Assembly: GCF_001194135.2 (NCBI RefSeq) | Contig: NC_068985.1 | Location: 23,217,994-23,281,993 of the forward strand | Source of the DNA: Octopus bimaculoides | Taxonomy: Eukaryota | Length of the DNA stretch: 64,000 nt | Direction: 5' to 3' | Shown: one piece after another, positions 47,810 through 60,857 of the stretch | Position numbering within the stretch: the first letter of the stretch is position 1 | How the letters are laid out: every line of letters starts with the position of its first letter | Notes under the pieces: generated by a model | Database searches by the model: none | What the model saw: only the letters and a program-made list of their open reading frames with translations | Told to the model about the DNA's origin: nothing | Made by a program: the position numbers and the translations under genes

Positions 47810-48000
47810 NNNNNNNNNNNNNNNNNNNNNNNNNNNNNNNNNNNNNNNNNNNNNNNNNNNNNNNNNNNNNNNNNNNNNNNNNNNNNNNNNNNNNNNNNNN
47901 NNNNNNNNNNNNNNNNNNNNNNNNNNNNNNNNNNNNNNNNNNNNNNNNNNNNNNNNNNTGGTGGTGGTGGTGGTGGTGGTGGTAGTAGTAGTAGTAGTAG
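47625..48000. repeat. (GGT/AGT/AGC)n trinucleotide array with an N gap
   Basis: Seen directly. Confidence 0.92.
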
Positions 48001-48356
48001 TATTTGGAGAGAATTTCTTCAGGCAAGATTCAGTTTGGGCTTGTTCCAGGCGGGGGTGGGGGAAACTGGTGATGCCTTCTTAGTCAGACAACTGCAGGAG
48101 GAAGTTTTTCATTCAGAATTTGTCTCTGCCTTTCATCTTCTATCGCTTGCTTGTTTCAGTCATTAGACTGTGACCATGCTGGAGCACCATCTCCAACAAT
48201 TTTTTTATTGAATGAATTGACCAACCAATTTTTTTTTTAACAGCCTGGTACCTGCTCTATCACTCTCTTTTATCAAACAGCTGTTTCTGTGATGTAAACA
48301 TAGACACAAAGACAACAGACAGACACACACACACATACAAACACGCATGCACGCAT

Positions 48357-48399
<43 letters not shown>

Positions 48400-48569
48400 C
48401 ACATATATACATGCTCAATAGCCACTTTGCTCAATAGCTACTTCTGATGTCATTCTCTCACAAATCAGCCGCATAAATATGAATACACTATTCCCATTCC
48501 TGCCAAAACTATTTCCCTGTCTTCAAATTCTTAATTGCTTTATCTACCTGGGTACTGTCAATTTGAATA

Positions 48570-49160
48570 ACTAGTCCTTCAATTGGGCCAACCTTTGGCA
48601 GACTCTCCCCCTCCCATTCATCAGTCTTTCATAATAGCATCTCCAAGCCTCTTTCTTTGCACAATCATTAAACACAAGGCCACCATCATCCATGCGAACA
48701 CATTTCTCTCCTATGACATCACGGTTTTCTCTCACACACTGCCTTGCAATCCAAAATACATCACTTCTTTAGTCCTCATGTTGCTGAACATTGGCAAACT
48801 TCTTCTTTTCTGCTACTCCCTTGGCTATATATACCTGTCTCCTAGCTTCCCTTTTGGCTATCTGATACATTCTCCTGCTACCCCCACTCTTCCAGGCCTT
48901 CCAAGCCTGTTTCTTTGTTCTAATGGTCCTGTCTACAGTATTGTTCCACCACCATGTTACCCTAGGTCTGGAAGGAACTTTGCACTGGCCACAGATTTGG
49001 TCTGTGGCACTCAGCAAGCTGTCTTGCAGGAATTCTCAACTGCCTTCTATATCACAGTTCTGTAGCTCCTCCTCCCTCTCATCAAATTTCTCGATAAGGA
49101 TATCCCTAAATCTCTGACCATGTGAAGGGTTCTTAAGTTTCCAAGTCCTTCTTTTCTAAA
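48570..49160 (-). mobile_element. RTE internal fragment (endonuclease-RT linker)
   Basis: ATDQICGQCKVPSRPRVTWWWNNTVDRTIRTKKQAWKAWK, homologous to 18400-19010. Confidence 0.8.
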
Positions 49161-49605
49161 TTGGTCCGCTATGTATGAGTATATATACATACACACAGAT
49201 ATATATGTATATTATCTAATTTACGTATTTTAGTTTTAATTTATTAGACTTTGAAATTATTTAGATTTTAAATTTCCAGTAAATGTTTATAATACAGTTA
49301 ATTTTTTATTATGATTAAAGCTAAAATACATTTTGATTTTATAAATAAAACTTAAATACATATTTATATATCTCTTTATTCTATTACTTTTCTTTACACC
49401 ATATTTTCATGCGAATTAATTCTAATAAACGCTAAGTTAAAAGTATAACGTTTAAAATTCGATAAGATAAGTATTGCATTTATTTTCAGTAATATTGTTA
49501 AATGCTTTTATTTTATTTATTGGTAAAATAAGTATTTTTATATAAATTCATTTGATATTTATTGTTAGTCAATATATATACATTCATTTTATTATTATTA
49601 TTGTA

Positions 49606-49721
49606 TTTTGACCTGAAGATTAGATATATTTTTGAATAGAATTGATTTTCGATCGATTTATTTTGAACCGATTTGATTTTTATTTGATTTTCTATTTGAA
49701 AATATGGTTATGAAACACGTG
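49606..49721 (+). ncRNA. Hammerhead-like motif with a long stem II (3' end hidden by gap)
   Basis: CTGAAGA at 49613-19, an imperfect hairpin of about 90 nt, GAAA at 49712-15, then the palindromic ACACGTG running into Ns. Confidence 0.5.
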
Positions 49722-49904
49722 NNNNNNNNNNNNNNNNNNNNNNNNNNNNNNNNNNNNNNNNNNNNNNNNNNNNNNNNNTATTTATTACTTTGTACTTTTT
49801 AAAATTTTTATTATAGGTCTTTTTAGTGTATTTACTTATTACATTTTTCTATATGTGATTGTGGATTTTCATGGATGAATTCAATAATTGTGGTTTTCTT
49901 CTCT

Positions 49905-49945
<41 letters not shown>

Positions 49946-49959
49946 CATCTGTGAATTGC

Positions 49960-50535
49960 AGTTCTGCTCATTAACGATGTCATGCAAATGGTACCTGTGA
50001 ATCATAATCATGGTCATTGCTGGTACCTTGTAAAGGGCACACATGAATTGCAGTTGAGGTCACTGCTGGTGCCATGAAAATGACACCTGTGCAACATAGT
50101 CGTGGTCATTGCTAATGCCATATAAATGGCACCCATGAATCATAGTGATGGTCATTGCCGGTGACATGTAAATGGCACCTGTGCTGGTAGCACATAAAAG
50201 CACCCATTACACTTCTGGAGTGGTTGGCATTAGGAAGGGCATCCAGCTGTAGAAACCGTGCAAAATCAGACTGGAACCTGGTGCAGCTCTTCAGCTTATC
50301 AGCTCCAATCGAACTGTCTAACCTATGCCAGCGTGGAGAGTGGATGTTAAATGATGATGATGATAGTGACCGGGACCTTTGGCGATATACTGTGCTTGAG
50401 AAGACTCATCAAACCAAGTGAAAACATAGTCATAGTCGATGCTGGTGTCACACGACTGGCACCTGTGCCAATAATACATTGAAAGCATGAATTATGCTCT
50501 TGGAGTGGTTGGGTTAGGAAGGGTGTGCAAAATCA
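49960..50535 (+). mobile_element. RTE 3' UTR/tail fragments
   Basis: TGGCACCTGTG repeats, GGAAGGGCATCCAGCTGTAGAAA and an ATGATGATG tail, then a second piece GACCGGGACCTTTGG.. Confidence 0.7.
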
Positions 50536-50547
50536 GACTGGAACTCA

Positions 50548-50601
50548 GTGATCGAGACTGGAATAAAATTGTAATTACAATTTTATTCCAGTCTTGATCA
50601 C
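50548..50601. repeat. 54-bp spacerless palindrome (one mismatch)
   Basis: GTGATCGAGACTGGAATAAAATTGTAA|TTACAATTTTATTCCAGTCTTGATCAC. Confidence 0.95.
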
Positions 50602-50741
50602 AACTATCCGATGAGCAGGAACACAAAACTTGCAGTCACAGTTTTTTGTGATGTTTGCAACTTTAATAAAAAAACATTGTACTACCTTTCGTATTCAAGT
50701 ACTGTTTTTTCCCACCTTGTTTTGCATTTATGTGCTTATTC

Positions 50742-50784
<43 letters not shown>

Positions 50785-51681
50785 NNNNNNNNNNGTGTGT
50801 GTATGTGTTTGTGTGTGCGTGTGTGTGGCCAAAACTTTGAAATCACTATCAATAGTATTCTTGTTAAGAATTAAAGAATTATAATTTGTACTCTACAAAC
50901 ATATGGAGCAATCCTTGTTCTATTAGGACTGAACATAAAAACCAACATTAATATATCTGTATGTGTGTGTGTGTGTGTGTGTTTGCATGTATGTAAATAT
51001 ATATATAATGCATATACACACATATCCACACACACACATACACATACATATGAATTAAAGAGAAAAAGAGAGAAAAGTTGAGATAAGTATAATTTCTCTA
51101 TAAATAGCTCATGACATTCTATTTACTTCATTGGTTTCTCTTCAATGTGTAGCAAAGATAACAATTTAACTATGAAGGTCGAGCTGGCACAAATATAAGA
51201 CTTCTGGATCAGATGCTCTACAGTATCTAATTTTATACTTCCCATTTCTACTTCCAAATCACAATGCCTCTCTCTTTTCTCATTCTCCCATTCCTTTTTC
51301 TCCATCACACTCTCCCATTCCCCTTCTGTATATCTCCCCTCTCTCTCTCTCTTTCTCTGGGAGGGTGAGATGAAAAAATAGTCTTCGAAGTCAATCTATC
51401 ATATCACTTCCTTATTTGTAGATATAGAAGATCCATATTAATTTATGCTAAAATATTTTGGGCATGATAGAATGAGATCACTATCACAAAGAGATTCCCT
51501 CAATCATTGTTACTTTCGCATCTAAAACATTGTTGCCAACAGAGGCATGCTTCTTATCAAAGCTTATTTGGGTGAATTGAAATTAGTCAACAAGGCAGGG
51601 TGGGTGGGTGAATGTTCATGTCTTTGTTGCACGATTTCTGCTAAGTGAAAGAAGTATTTTCTTTGTTTCCTGACTTAAGAT

Positions 51682-51752
<71 letters not shown>

Positions 51753-51764
51753 CATGTGTAAAGA

Positions 51765-52058
51765 CATTCGAGCGAGATCGTTGCCAGTGCTGCTGGACTG
51801 GCTCCTGTCCAGGTGGCACGTAAAACACACCATTTTGAGCGTGGCCGTTGCCAGTACTGCCTGACTGGCCTTCGTGCCGGTGGCACATAAAAGCAACCAC
51901 TACACTCTCGGAGTGGTTGGCGTTAGGAAGGGCATCCAGCTGTAGAAACTCTGCCAAATCAGATTGGAGCCTGGTGTAGCCACCTGGTTCACCAGTCCTC
52001 AGTCATATCGTCCAACCCATGCTAGCATGGAAAGCGAACGTTAAACGATGATGATGAT
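51765..52058 (+). mobile_element. RTE 3' end flanked by (TA)n
   Basis: CATTCGAGCGAGATCGTTGCCAG...GTTAAACGATGATGATG. Confidence 0.85.
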
Positions 52059-52605
52059 GATATATATATATATATAACAGGCTTCTTTCAGTTTCCATTC
52101 TACCAAATCCACAAAAATGGTTTTAGGAGAAGGCACTTCCCCCAGATACAATACAATAGGATTAAACTCAAAACCATGGGGGCTAGGTGGCACACTTATT
52201 AACCACACAGCCATACCCATATGGCAAATATACTTCATGATTCTGTGCTGCTACTGTTTACTTCTCACTCAGAGATTTATTATTGCTTGTTTCTCCTTTT
52301 TCAAGATCAGCGACAGTTTGTCACTGGAAAAAGCATATACTATTTTGCATTTGGAATCAGTTCTCATTGCTAGCTGGTGATTATCACACACTGATGACAG
52401 GTTACTACCCAGAAACCTGGTCTGTGTGTATCCTATAAGGCTAGAGATGGGAATATTGATTTCCCTTTGCAAATACTAATTGGACACAGACAGTGTGTTG
52501 TTAGCCAGCTGGAGGAGATGTCTTCCTGGGGCTATAAACAACAGTAGCATCGTCTCCTATGGGTCCACCACATTTAGGTGGCAAATATACTTTACAATCA
52601 TCATC

Positions 52606-54045
52606 ATCATCGTTTAACATCCGCTTTCCATGCTAGCATGGGTTGGACGATTTGACTGAGGACTGGTGAACCAAATGGCTGCACCAGGCTCCAGTCTGAT
52701 CTGGCTGAGTTTCTACAGCTGGATGCTCTTCCTAATGCCAACCACTCCAAGAGGTGTAGTGGGTGCTTTTACATGCCACTGTCACATGGATCAGGTGATG
52801 AAATTCATGGAGAGGGTCCTAGTCCAACTAATTAGGGAGAGAGTTAGTCTAGATGACATGCAGTTTGTGCCAGGGAGAAGCACCACTGATGCTTTATTTC
52901 TTGTAAGACAGCTGCAGGAGAAATTCCTGGCCAAAAATAAACCTCAGTACCTGGCTTTTGTTTACTTGGAGAAAGCCTTTGACAGGGACCCCAATCCCTT
53001 ATCTGGTGGTCAATGAGGAAGCTAGGGATAGATGAGTGGTTGGTGAGAGCTATACAAGCTATGTACAGGGCTGCTGTCAGTAAGGTGAGGGTTGGCAACA
53101 AGTATAGCAAAGAATTCATGGTACAAGTAGAAGTTCAGCAAGGTTCTCAGCCCCCTCTTGTTCATCATAGTCCTCCGGGCAATAACAGGAATTCAAGACA
53201 GGCTGCCCCTGGGAGCTCCTCTATGACTTGTTCTTATAGCTGAATCACTACCAGAACTAGAAAAAAAGTTTCAGGTATGGAAGCAAAGTTTAGAATCGAA
53301 GGGCCTTAGAGTTAACATAGCATAAACCAGCCTTAGTAAGTAGGAAGGCAGACAAATTACAAATCCCTTCAGGTGTAAAGACTTATCTTTGGTTATGTAT
53401 TTCTCCTGAAGCTGCCTTACCAGAAATATAGCATCAGTGGTGCTTCTCCCTGGCACAAAACCAAACTGCATCTCATCTAGACTAACTCTCCCCCTAATTA
53501 GTTGGGCTATGAGTCTCTCCATAACTTTTATCACCTGATCCAACAATTTAATACCTCTGTAATTATTTCTATCTAAGGCATCACCTTTACCTTTGTAGCA
53601 TTTGACTATGATGCTGCTATACCAGTCATTGGTATGACTCCTTTGTGAACCACCTGATTTACAACCCACACCATAACCCACACTGCCCAATATTTTAAGC
53701 ATCTCAGCGGTGATTCCTGATGGGCTGGGGGCTTTCCCTGTCTTCATATCCTTAATGGCTTTATCTTCCAAGGTACTGCCAATTTAGGTCAACATTTGAC
53801 AGATTCTCCTCCTCTCATTCATTTTTCACATTCAGCAGTCTTTCATGATGGTATTTCCAAGCCTCTTTCTTTGTGGAAGCATTAAATGCAAGTGCACCAT
53901 CATCTATGTGGACACATTTCTGTCCTATGACGTCACAATTTTTTCTCACACACTGTTGCCTTCTATGTCACAAGTCTGTAGCTCCTCCTCCCTCTCATCA
54001 AATTTCTCGATTAGGATATCCCTAAATCTCTAACCATATGAAGAG
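52606..54045. mobile_element. Rearranged RTE composite: tail (-), RT piece (+, 52786-53374), upstream piece (-, 53375-54045)
   Basis: ORFs 52666, 53013 and 53271 all encode RTE RT segments, in opposite orientations. Confidence 0.85.
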
Positions 54046-54074
54046 TCCTTAAATATATATGCATGTATGTACCA

Positions 54075-54357
54075 TCATCATTTAATGTTCATTTTTCCAT
54101 GCTTACATAGATTAGATGGATTTTAATTGAGGCAGATTTTCTCTAGGTAGATACCTTTTCTGTAGCCAACCCTCACCTGTTTCCAAGGAAGGTAATATTT
54201 CTTCATGGCCAGACATGTTTTTATGGTATATTGGAAATGGATGTCACTACTTGTATGACAGTGACACTCATTTGAAACTATCAAACTATATCAAGACAAG
54301 GAGACATAAACATACATTACACAATCACACGCACGCACACACGCACACACAAACACA

Positions 54358-54420
<63 letters not shown>

Positions 54421-54570
54421 TGGACTTCTTTCAGTTTCTGTCAACTAAATCCACTCAGAAGGCTTTGATTGGACCATGACTAATGTAGAAAACACTTATC
54501 TAATGTGCCATGCAGTGGTACTGAACCCAGACCCATTTGGAAGCAGGCTTTTTACTCGCAGTCACACTTG
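54075..54570 (-). mobile_element. Family B SINE with an RTE-like tail and (CA)n centre
   Basis: Reverse of the 60858-type element. Confidence 0.7.
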
Positions 54571-54579
54571 TATGTATAT

Positions 54580-54622
54580 ATAGACAGACAGGCAAACAGA
54601 CAGACAGACAGATGGATAGATG

Positions 54623-54692
<70 letters not shown>

Positions 54693-54695
54693 CAG
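54580..54695. repeat. (GACA)/(GATA)n tetranucleotide microsatellite
   Basis: Seen directly. Confidence 0.95.
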
Positions 54696-55422
54696 CCAGA
54701 CATACATACCTAAGTACATACATATACATATATAATTTAATCATCCATAGCTAATTAACTTGTTCGGACGTATGCCAAGATGAATATGTTAAGAAAACAT
54801 GCTGGAAACAAATTAAGTATATTTGACAAATTGGCTTTTAATTGCTTTAGCTTGATTATTACTCGAATTTTATTATTCCACTCTAATCATAGCAATAACA
54901 AAAATATGTTGATTCAATGTTACATTACAAGCAACTTTTATTAATAAGGCATATATTAACTAAAAATATATATTAATCCATTCTAATCTTGACAAGAATT
55001 TAATGTTTTAATCTCCTTTAATCTTATAAGCAACTAAAACACATTAGTACAATATAATATTACTATACAATCATGGCTGTATGTTTCAGAAATTTGTTTC
55101 TTAACCGCATAGTTCTAGGTTTGATCCTACAGTTTGGTACCTTGGACAAGTATCTTCTATGTAGGCTTAAGCTAATTAATATCTTGTGAGTGAAACTGGT
55201 AGACTAAAACTCTACAGAAGCCTGCTCTGTCTTACATGTGTATGTATATCTATATTTTTCACTGTTCTACGTCTATATCTTTTGCTAATGTATGTCAGCA
55301 AATGATGTAAATATTGGTGAGATAACCTATAAAACAGCACATTAAATAAAAACAAATACAAAAACATCTTGTGGCATATATTCACTATATAGACACTCCT
55401 TTGTTATTTTCAATATCAGAAA

Positions 55423-55735
55423 TGTGAAGGCACATGGCTTAATGGTTAGAGTTCAGTTCACATTCATAAAGTCTGATTGCTGGAGGTGCATTGTGTTCTT
55501 GAGCAAGGAACTTTATTTCACATTGCTCTAATTCACTCAGCTGGCAAAAATGAGTTGTACCAATAATTCAAAGGACCAGCCTTGTCACATTCTGTGTCAC
55601 ACTGAATCTCCTTGAGAACTGTTAAGGGTACAAGCATCTGTGGAATGCTCAGCCACTTGCATATTGATTTCATGAACAAGCTGTTACATTGACTGAATCA
55701 ACTGGAACTCTCATCATCAAAACCGACAGTGTTCC
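55423..55735 (+). mobile_element. Degenerate family C SINE
   Basis: TGAAGGCACATGGCTTAATGGTTAG head and CTTGTCACATTCTGTGTCACACTGAATCTCC core. Confidence 0.72.
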
Positions 55736-55956
55736 AAGCCATCGGAAATGCTGTGACCCAATGATTGGCCCATTTGAAACTATTGCCAATGATATTCTGG
55801 TTCATAAAGGGCATGATTTAAATTCTTAAAAATATGTGAATAGCATTATTTCATACATAACAATATGACATAGTTCTTGATGTCATCTTTCTTAAAAGCT
55901 TTAGGGAAGTAAAATATTCATATAATTATTTGGTTTTAAACAAGACACTTTAGTTA

Positions 55957-57188
55957 TTAGGTTGTTCCGAAAATAATAGCCGATTTCAGAAACATAATTT
56001 TATTCTGGAAAAATTGACCCTAGAAATGTTTTGATTAGTCAAAGTTTGAGCCGTGAACATCTATGCATCTCTGTCATAGATCAATGAGATTATTTATGCT
56101 TCATTGATGAAAACTTATTGGCTTTGATGCTAAGAAGTCTTTGAAAGCTGATTCCACCTCTAGTTTGGACCTGAAAGTTTTATTACTTAAAAACGTGTTT
56201 AAATGCTTTAAAAAATGGTAGCCAGTGGGTGAAAGAATATGGAGGATGTGGTAAAGTCTCGTATCCCAAGTCTGTGAGTTTCTGCAGCGTCATTCTTGCA
56301 GGCATTATCATGGAGCAGAGTTGGGCTATGCTGATTCACCAATGCAGTCTCATTTTTTGCAAGTGAGCATGTATTTCAGCGAGTTGATTGCAGTAAATGT
56401 CTGCTGTAATGCTCTGATTGGCTTCTAGAAAGTTATAATGGACAACACCAATTGCTGACCATCAGACAGTCTTCATAATCTTTTGCTGATGCAACTTTGG
56501 CTTTGGGAAATGTTTAGGGGACTCATCATGATCAAGTCACTGACCTGATCATTTGCAGTTATCATAAAGGATCCACTTTTCGTTACAAGTGACTATTTGG
56601 TCAAGAAAAGGATCAATGGTGTTTCGCAGAAAAAGCATTGAGCACACTTCAAAACACCAAACTTTTTGATTTTCATTGAGCTCATGCAGTACCCATTTAT
56701 CAAGCTTTTTCACCTTACCAATCTTCTGCAGATTGCATGAGATTGTTGCAATACCGACACCAAGTGCCTGAGACGTTTTTATGACACTTTGACATGGGTT
56801 TCATTCAACAATTGCTTTCAATTGTTCATTGTCAAGATTGCATGACCGTCCTTTTTCATCTTCAAGGCTCTCATCACCACTATGTAATTTCTGAAACCAC
56901 CTTTGTGCGATCATTTGTGGACCCCTCTCCCCATGCTCTGCTGATATTGGCAGCAGTTTGGGAGGCATTGTGTCCAAGCTTGAACTCCTGCAAGAAAGGT
57001 AAATGAAGGTCCTTTTTTTTCATGTTCATAATTAAGGGCGCCTATGCTTCAAGAATGTTTTCTGTCTGAAATAAGTAGAAAATTATTAAAGAGCATACAT
57101 CAATTATTAAATATGATTAAAATACTATGATAAAATTGCATTTCAAAATACAACACTTAGAGTGGCCATTATTTTCAGAACAACCTAA
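55957..57188 (-). mobile_element. Full-length decayed mariner (Hsmar1/cecropia-like), 1232 bp
   Basis: TA-flanked TIRs TTAGGTTGTTCCGAAAATAATAGCC / GGCCATTATTTTCAGAACAACCTAA; GKVKKLDKWVLHELNENQK, IVTCNEKWILYDN, KHFPKPKLH and HDNA. Confidence 0.93.
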
Positions 57189-60100
57189 TACTTTAATAGG
57201 TAAAGCTACAATTATAGAATTTAAAATACCCCATACAGTTTAGTGTTTCACCTGTGGTCATCTGAAAGGAAAAGGATATTGTTAAAGCCTTGACATATTC
57301 AGAATTTAATCTCCCTTTCGTTCTCTGTCTCTCTTTCTTAAAGAAGAAGGAGAAAGAAAGTAAATACATTAAATTTACTTTGCATCAATGTTTTATAAAG
57401 ATATGTTTTTGATTCTCTTTCATAAAAGTACTAACAATCACTTGTTAAAATGTGATATGATATTTTCTATCAACAAACATCAGTTCCCTATTCTCTTTCA
57501 AGTTGAATAAATATTGAATTCAGTTTGAATTCACGGCTAACATTTCACTATATATTTAAATCAATACCTTAATCCTATGCACCCCAATTCACATAGCTCT
57601 CAGCAGAAGTTATCAGTTCTTCTGGGAATATTATCCCTTACAAATTGGATTCTTACCTCTTATCTGCTTAATTTTTTGAAACTAAAGTTGAGTTCAACTT
57701 TAATGAATCCATCAGGGCTTTTTAAAGATAATCTCTTATAGAATTTGCTAACTAGTATTCAGAAGCAGAAGTCATTTGATAAGATGTATGAATTAAAATT
57801 AAACCAGTTGTTGTTAATTGCTTTGTTAGATCAAATTTAGTGTTAGAGTGCAAATTAAGATTCTGAAGTTTCAGCCAAAAATATATTAATTAAATTTTCA
57901 TGAACCAAAGTAAAAATGGAATCTTTATGCTTCATATAAAAAAAAACACCTTTATGATGCAGAATCTCGAGAATGATTATAATAACTTTGTATCATAGTT
58001 TTCATGTAACACAGTTTGTTTAGTATGTAGAACATTTCATCAAATCAACTTAAACATGTCCTGTTAATTTACACACCACTATACATAAATATATACATAC
58101 ACTCACATACATCCACACACTCTCTCTCTCACACACACACAAACTCCATTGACAGGGTATTGGTCAACCAGGGGCTATTGTAGAAGATACCCGAGATGCC
58201 AAACAGTGAGATCAAATCTATAACTGCATTGTTGCAAAGTTAACTTTTAACCACACAACCATGCCTGGACTACATTCATTTCTAAGTGAACTATAAATTA
58301 CATTATTTTTAGCTGTCAAACTATCAGTATTTTCCTCACAGCTATAACTAACCTTTCTGTTGTTTTTATTGAAGTGCTTGATACACCTTTCGTTAGTGTG
58401 AATATGCTTTCTGAAAAATGTAAGCAAACATCTATTTATGTTGGCTGCTACATTTATGCTCAATTGTGGGCTTATTTTCTTGGTTTTATTATTCTACTGT
58501 TTTTGTCCTTACATATTCAGTTTCTCTTTAAATACACTATTTATAAGAAAACTGTGAAACATGATAAAAATATTTTTGTTGAAAGTTATTTTGGATATTT
58601 TCCTTGCTGAATACTTTGGTTTTTATGATTGTAGGTAGATGATTAAAATTTTCACTAATATATATAGCTTTTCTTTCTCTAAGGAATAATAATTATCAAT
58701 AATTAGATCTAATGAGATGTCAAAAATGTTGACAGTTCTAGCAGAATTTTTTTCAGTTAAATTTCTTGAATGCTTTATGAAATTATTCTAAAACATGTTT
58801 TGGTTATTGCCATTCATGAAGCTGGACGTTTCCAACCTATTATTTTTGTATATCTTTTATATCTTGGGAGCTGAAACTAACTGTGAGTGTATCCAGAAGC
58901 TACAGATTTACTTATTTCCACACCTTTATTACGTCATAGTTATACTGACATTGGATAGTTACTTTTCTGTTTTTTATTTATAAGTAGTTGTCAAAGACCA
59001 AGAGGGTCTTCTTAATATGCAGATTTTTATGGATATTATTACTGTCAGAAATAGTTTTTAAATTCTTACTAAATTCCAAACCCTTTGGAGGAGATGCTTG
59101 GTAATTAATGAATAGTTTCTATTAAAATAAGAAATTTACAGTGTTTTTTGTTCTTTTAAGTTGTAAAGTCTGCAATGATGCTTTGATCCATTGTGATAGA
59201 CAAGTTATAAATTGATGGTGTTGAGGACATGTTTCACAAACTAACTGGCATGTCAGTGATTTGTGTCCTATTATTGGGATTTATAGTGTCTGTTGCCAAG
59301 ACACTTTATCTCAAAATGCTCAATCCACTTATGCTATTTACTGATACACAATAACAATCCATATGTACCATATGGCAGGAACAATTTTGTTAGCTAGCAA
59401 CACTGATCTCCTAGGACTGGATATAATCTTGTTTGTTGCTCAAATAAATTCTCCATGTGTCTTTTTTCATGCTTGTAGATTGATAAGACCACTTATTTTA
59501 TTTATTGGGGATTAAGCATCACATAAAACTGCATGATAATGCCATTCTTCTCTATGAAGCAAAGTGTATTGGTCATAAAGCTGCATAATAATGCAATGTA
59601 TAAATACTGGCCAATAAATTTACTCATTTTCAGAACTTGTTAAGATTTTTCAACTGTTGACTCAACAATGACCAAACTATATTTGGCTTCTTTGTTTTGA
59701 ATGTATATTGATCACTGGCCATGTCTGCTCCGTGGTGACTTTTCTAAGTTTACACAGATATTTCAATTCACATATGAAAGTTTCCTGCTGAGTATCTATA
59801 GAAATCCAAGTTCATTTTTCTGAATGATTTTAAGAAGAATAATTTTTGATGATTTTCCAGATCTAAATTTTTTTTTTGTCTAAATGTATGCACATAACAC
59901 ACAGTTTTAAACAACCTTAAATGCAGTTTCAGCTATATGCTAAAACACAGTTTATATTTATGTTATAAAATGTAGTCACGTATTAAATGTTTATGAGATT
60001 TGTTTCCTTCACAGTTGTGATGTGCCATGTTTTCACATGAGCAAAACTGAGAAAAAAAAACACTGTAGTATTTATTTGACCCAGATCAGGTCATACAACT

Positions 60101-60857
60101 CAGCCAATGAAGTCACTTCTTAGGCTTCTATGCATTAACTCCAATGCAAGCATATAAATCACATGTTACATTCAGACAGAATGGACTTCTGTTAATTCAG
60201 CTCTGTAAATTCATCCTATGTAATTACATTGGGGAAAATACACTGCCAATAATTTCATCATCTGGTAATATCATCACAAGGTAATTACATCATTACCCAA
60301 TAGATTGTCAATAAATTTATCATACAGTCAAATATATTGTTAGTAAACTCATCATCACAGATTTTATCTGCGAAGTTAGTATATCACTAAACATAATTTA
60401 GAATTCTTATTTGTTGAGTAAATACGTCTTATTTAATTATATAATTAGTACTAAGATTGTATAAGTTTGGAATATAGTTCAGAAATGTGCCATGAATGTG
60501 TGTGTATGTGTGTATCATCACTAGAAAATGTAAACATCAGGGAAACAATATGTGAAAAAAGAAATATGGACAAGTGTCCCATTGGTTGACTGTAACTATG
60601 GAAGGACATCAAAGACATAACCAACAATGTAAATACTTTCATTATCGATTACTTCATTTCTTTAAATACTTTCATAACAGAATGTCAACATTTGAATTTA
60701 AAAAATAATCAATAAAGATACCATATATTGTAGTATAATTTTCAGTTATTGATGTGATTTCATTGTTTCTATGAAGAAACAAACTGAATAAAAATTTATT
60801 AAGCAATAATTTCTTCGTAATCTTTCCAAATTAACATTTAATTTGCATATATATTAG

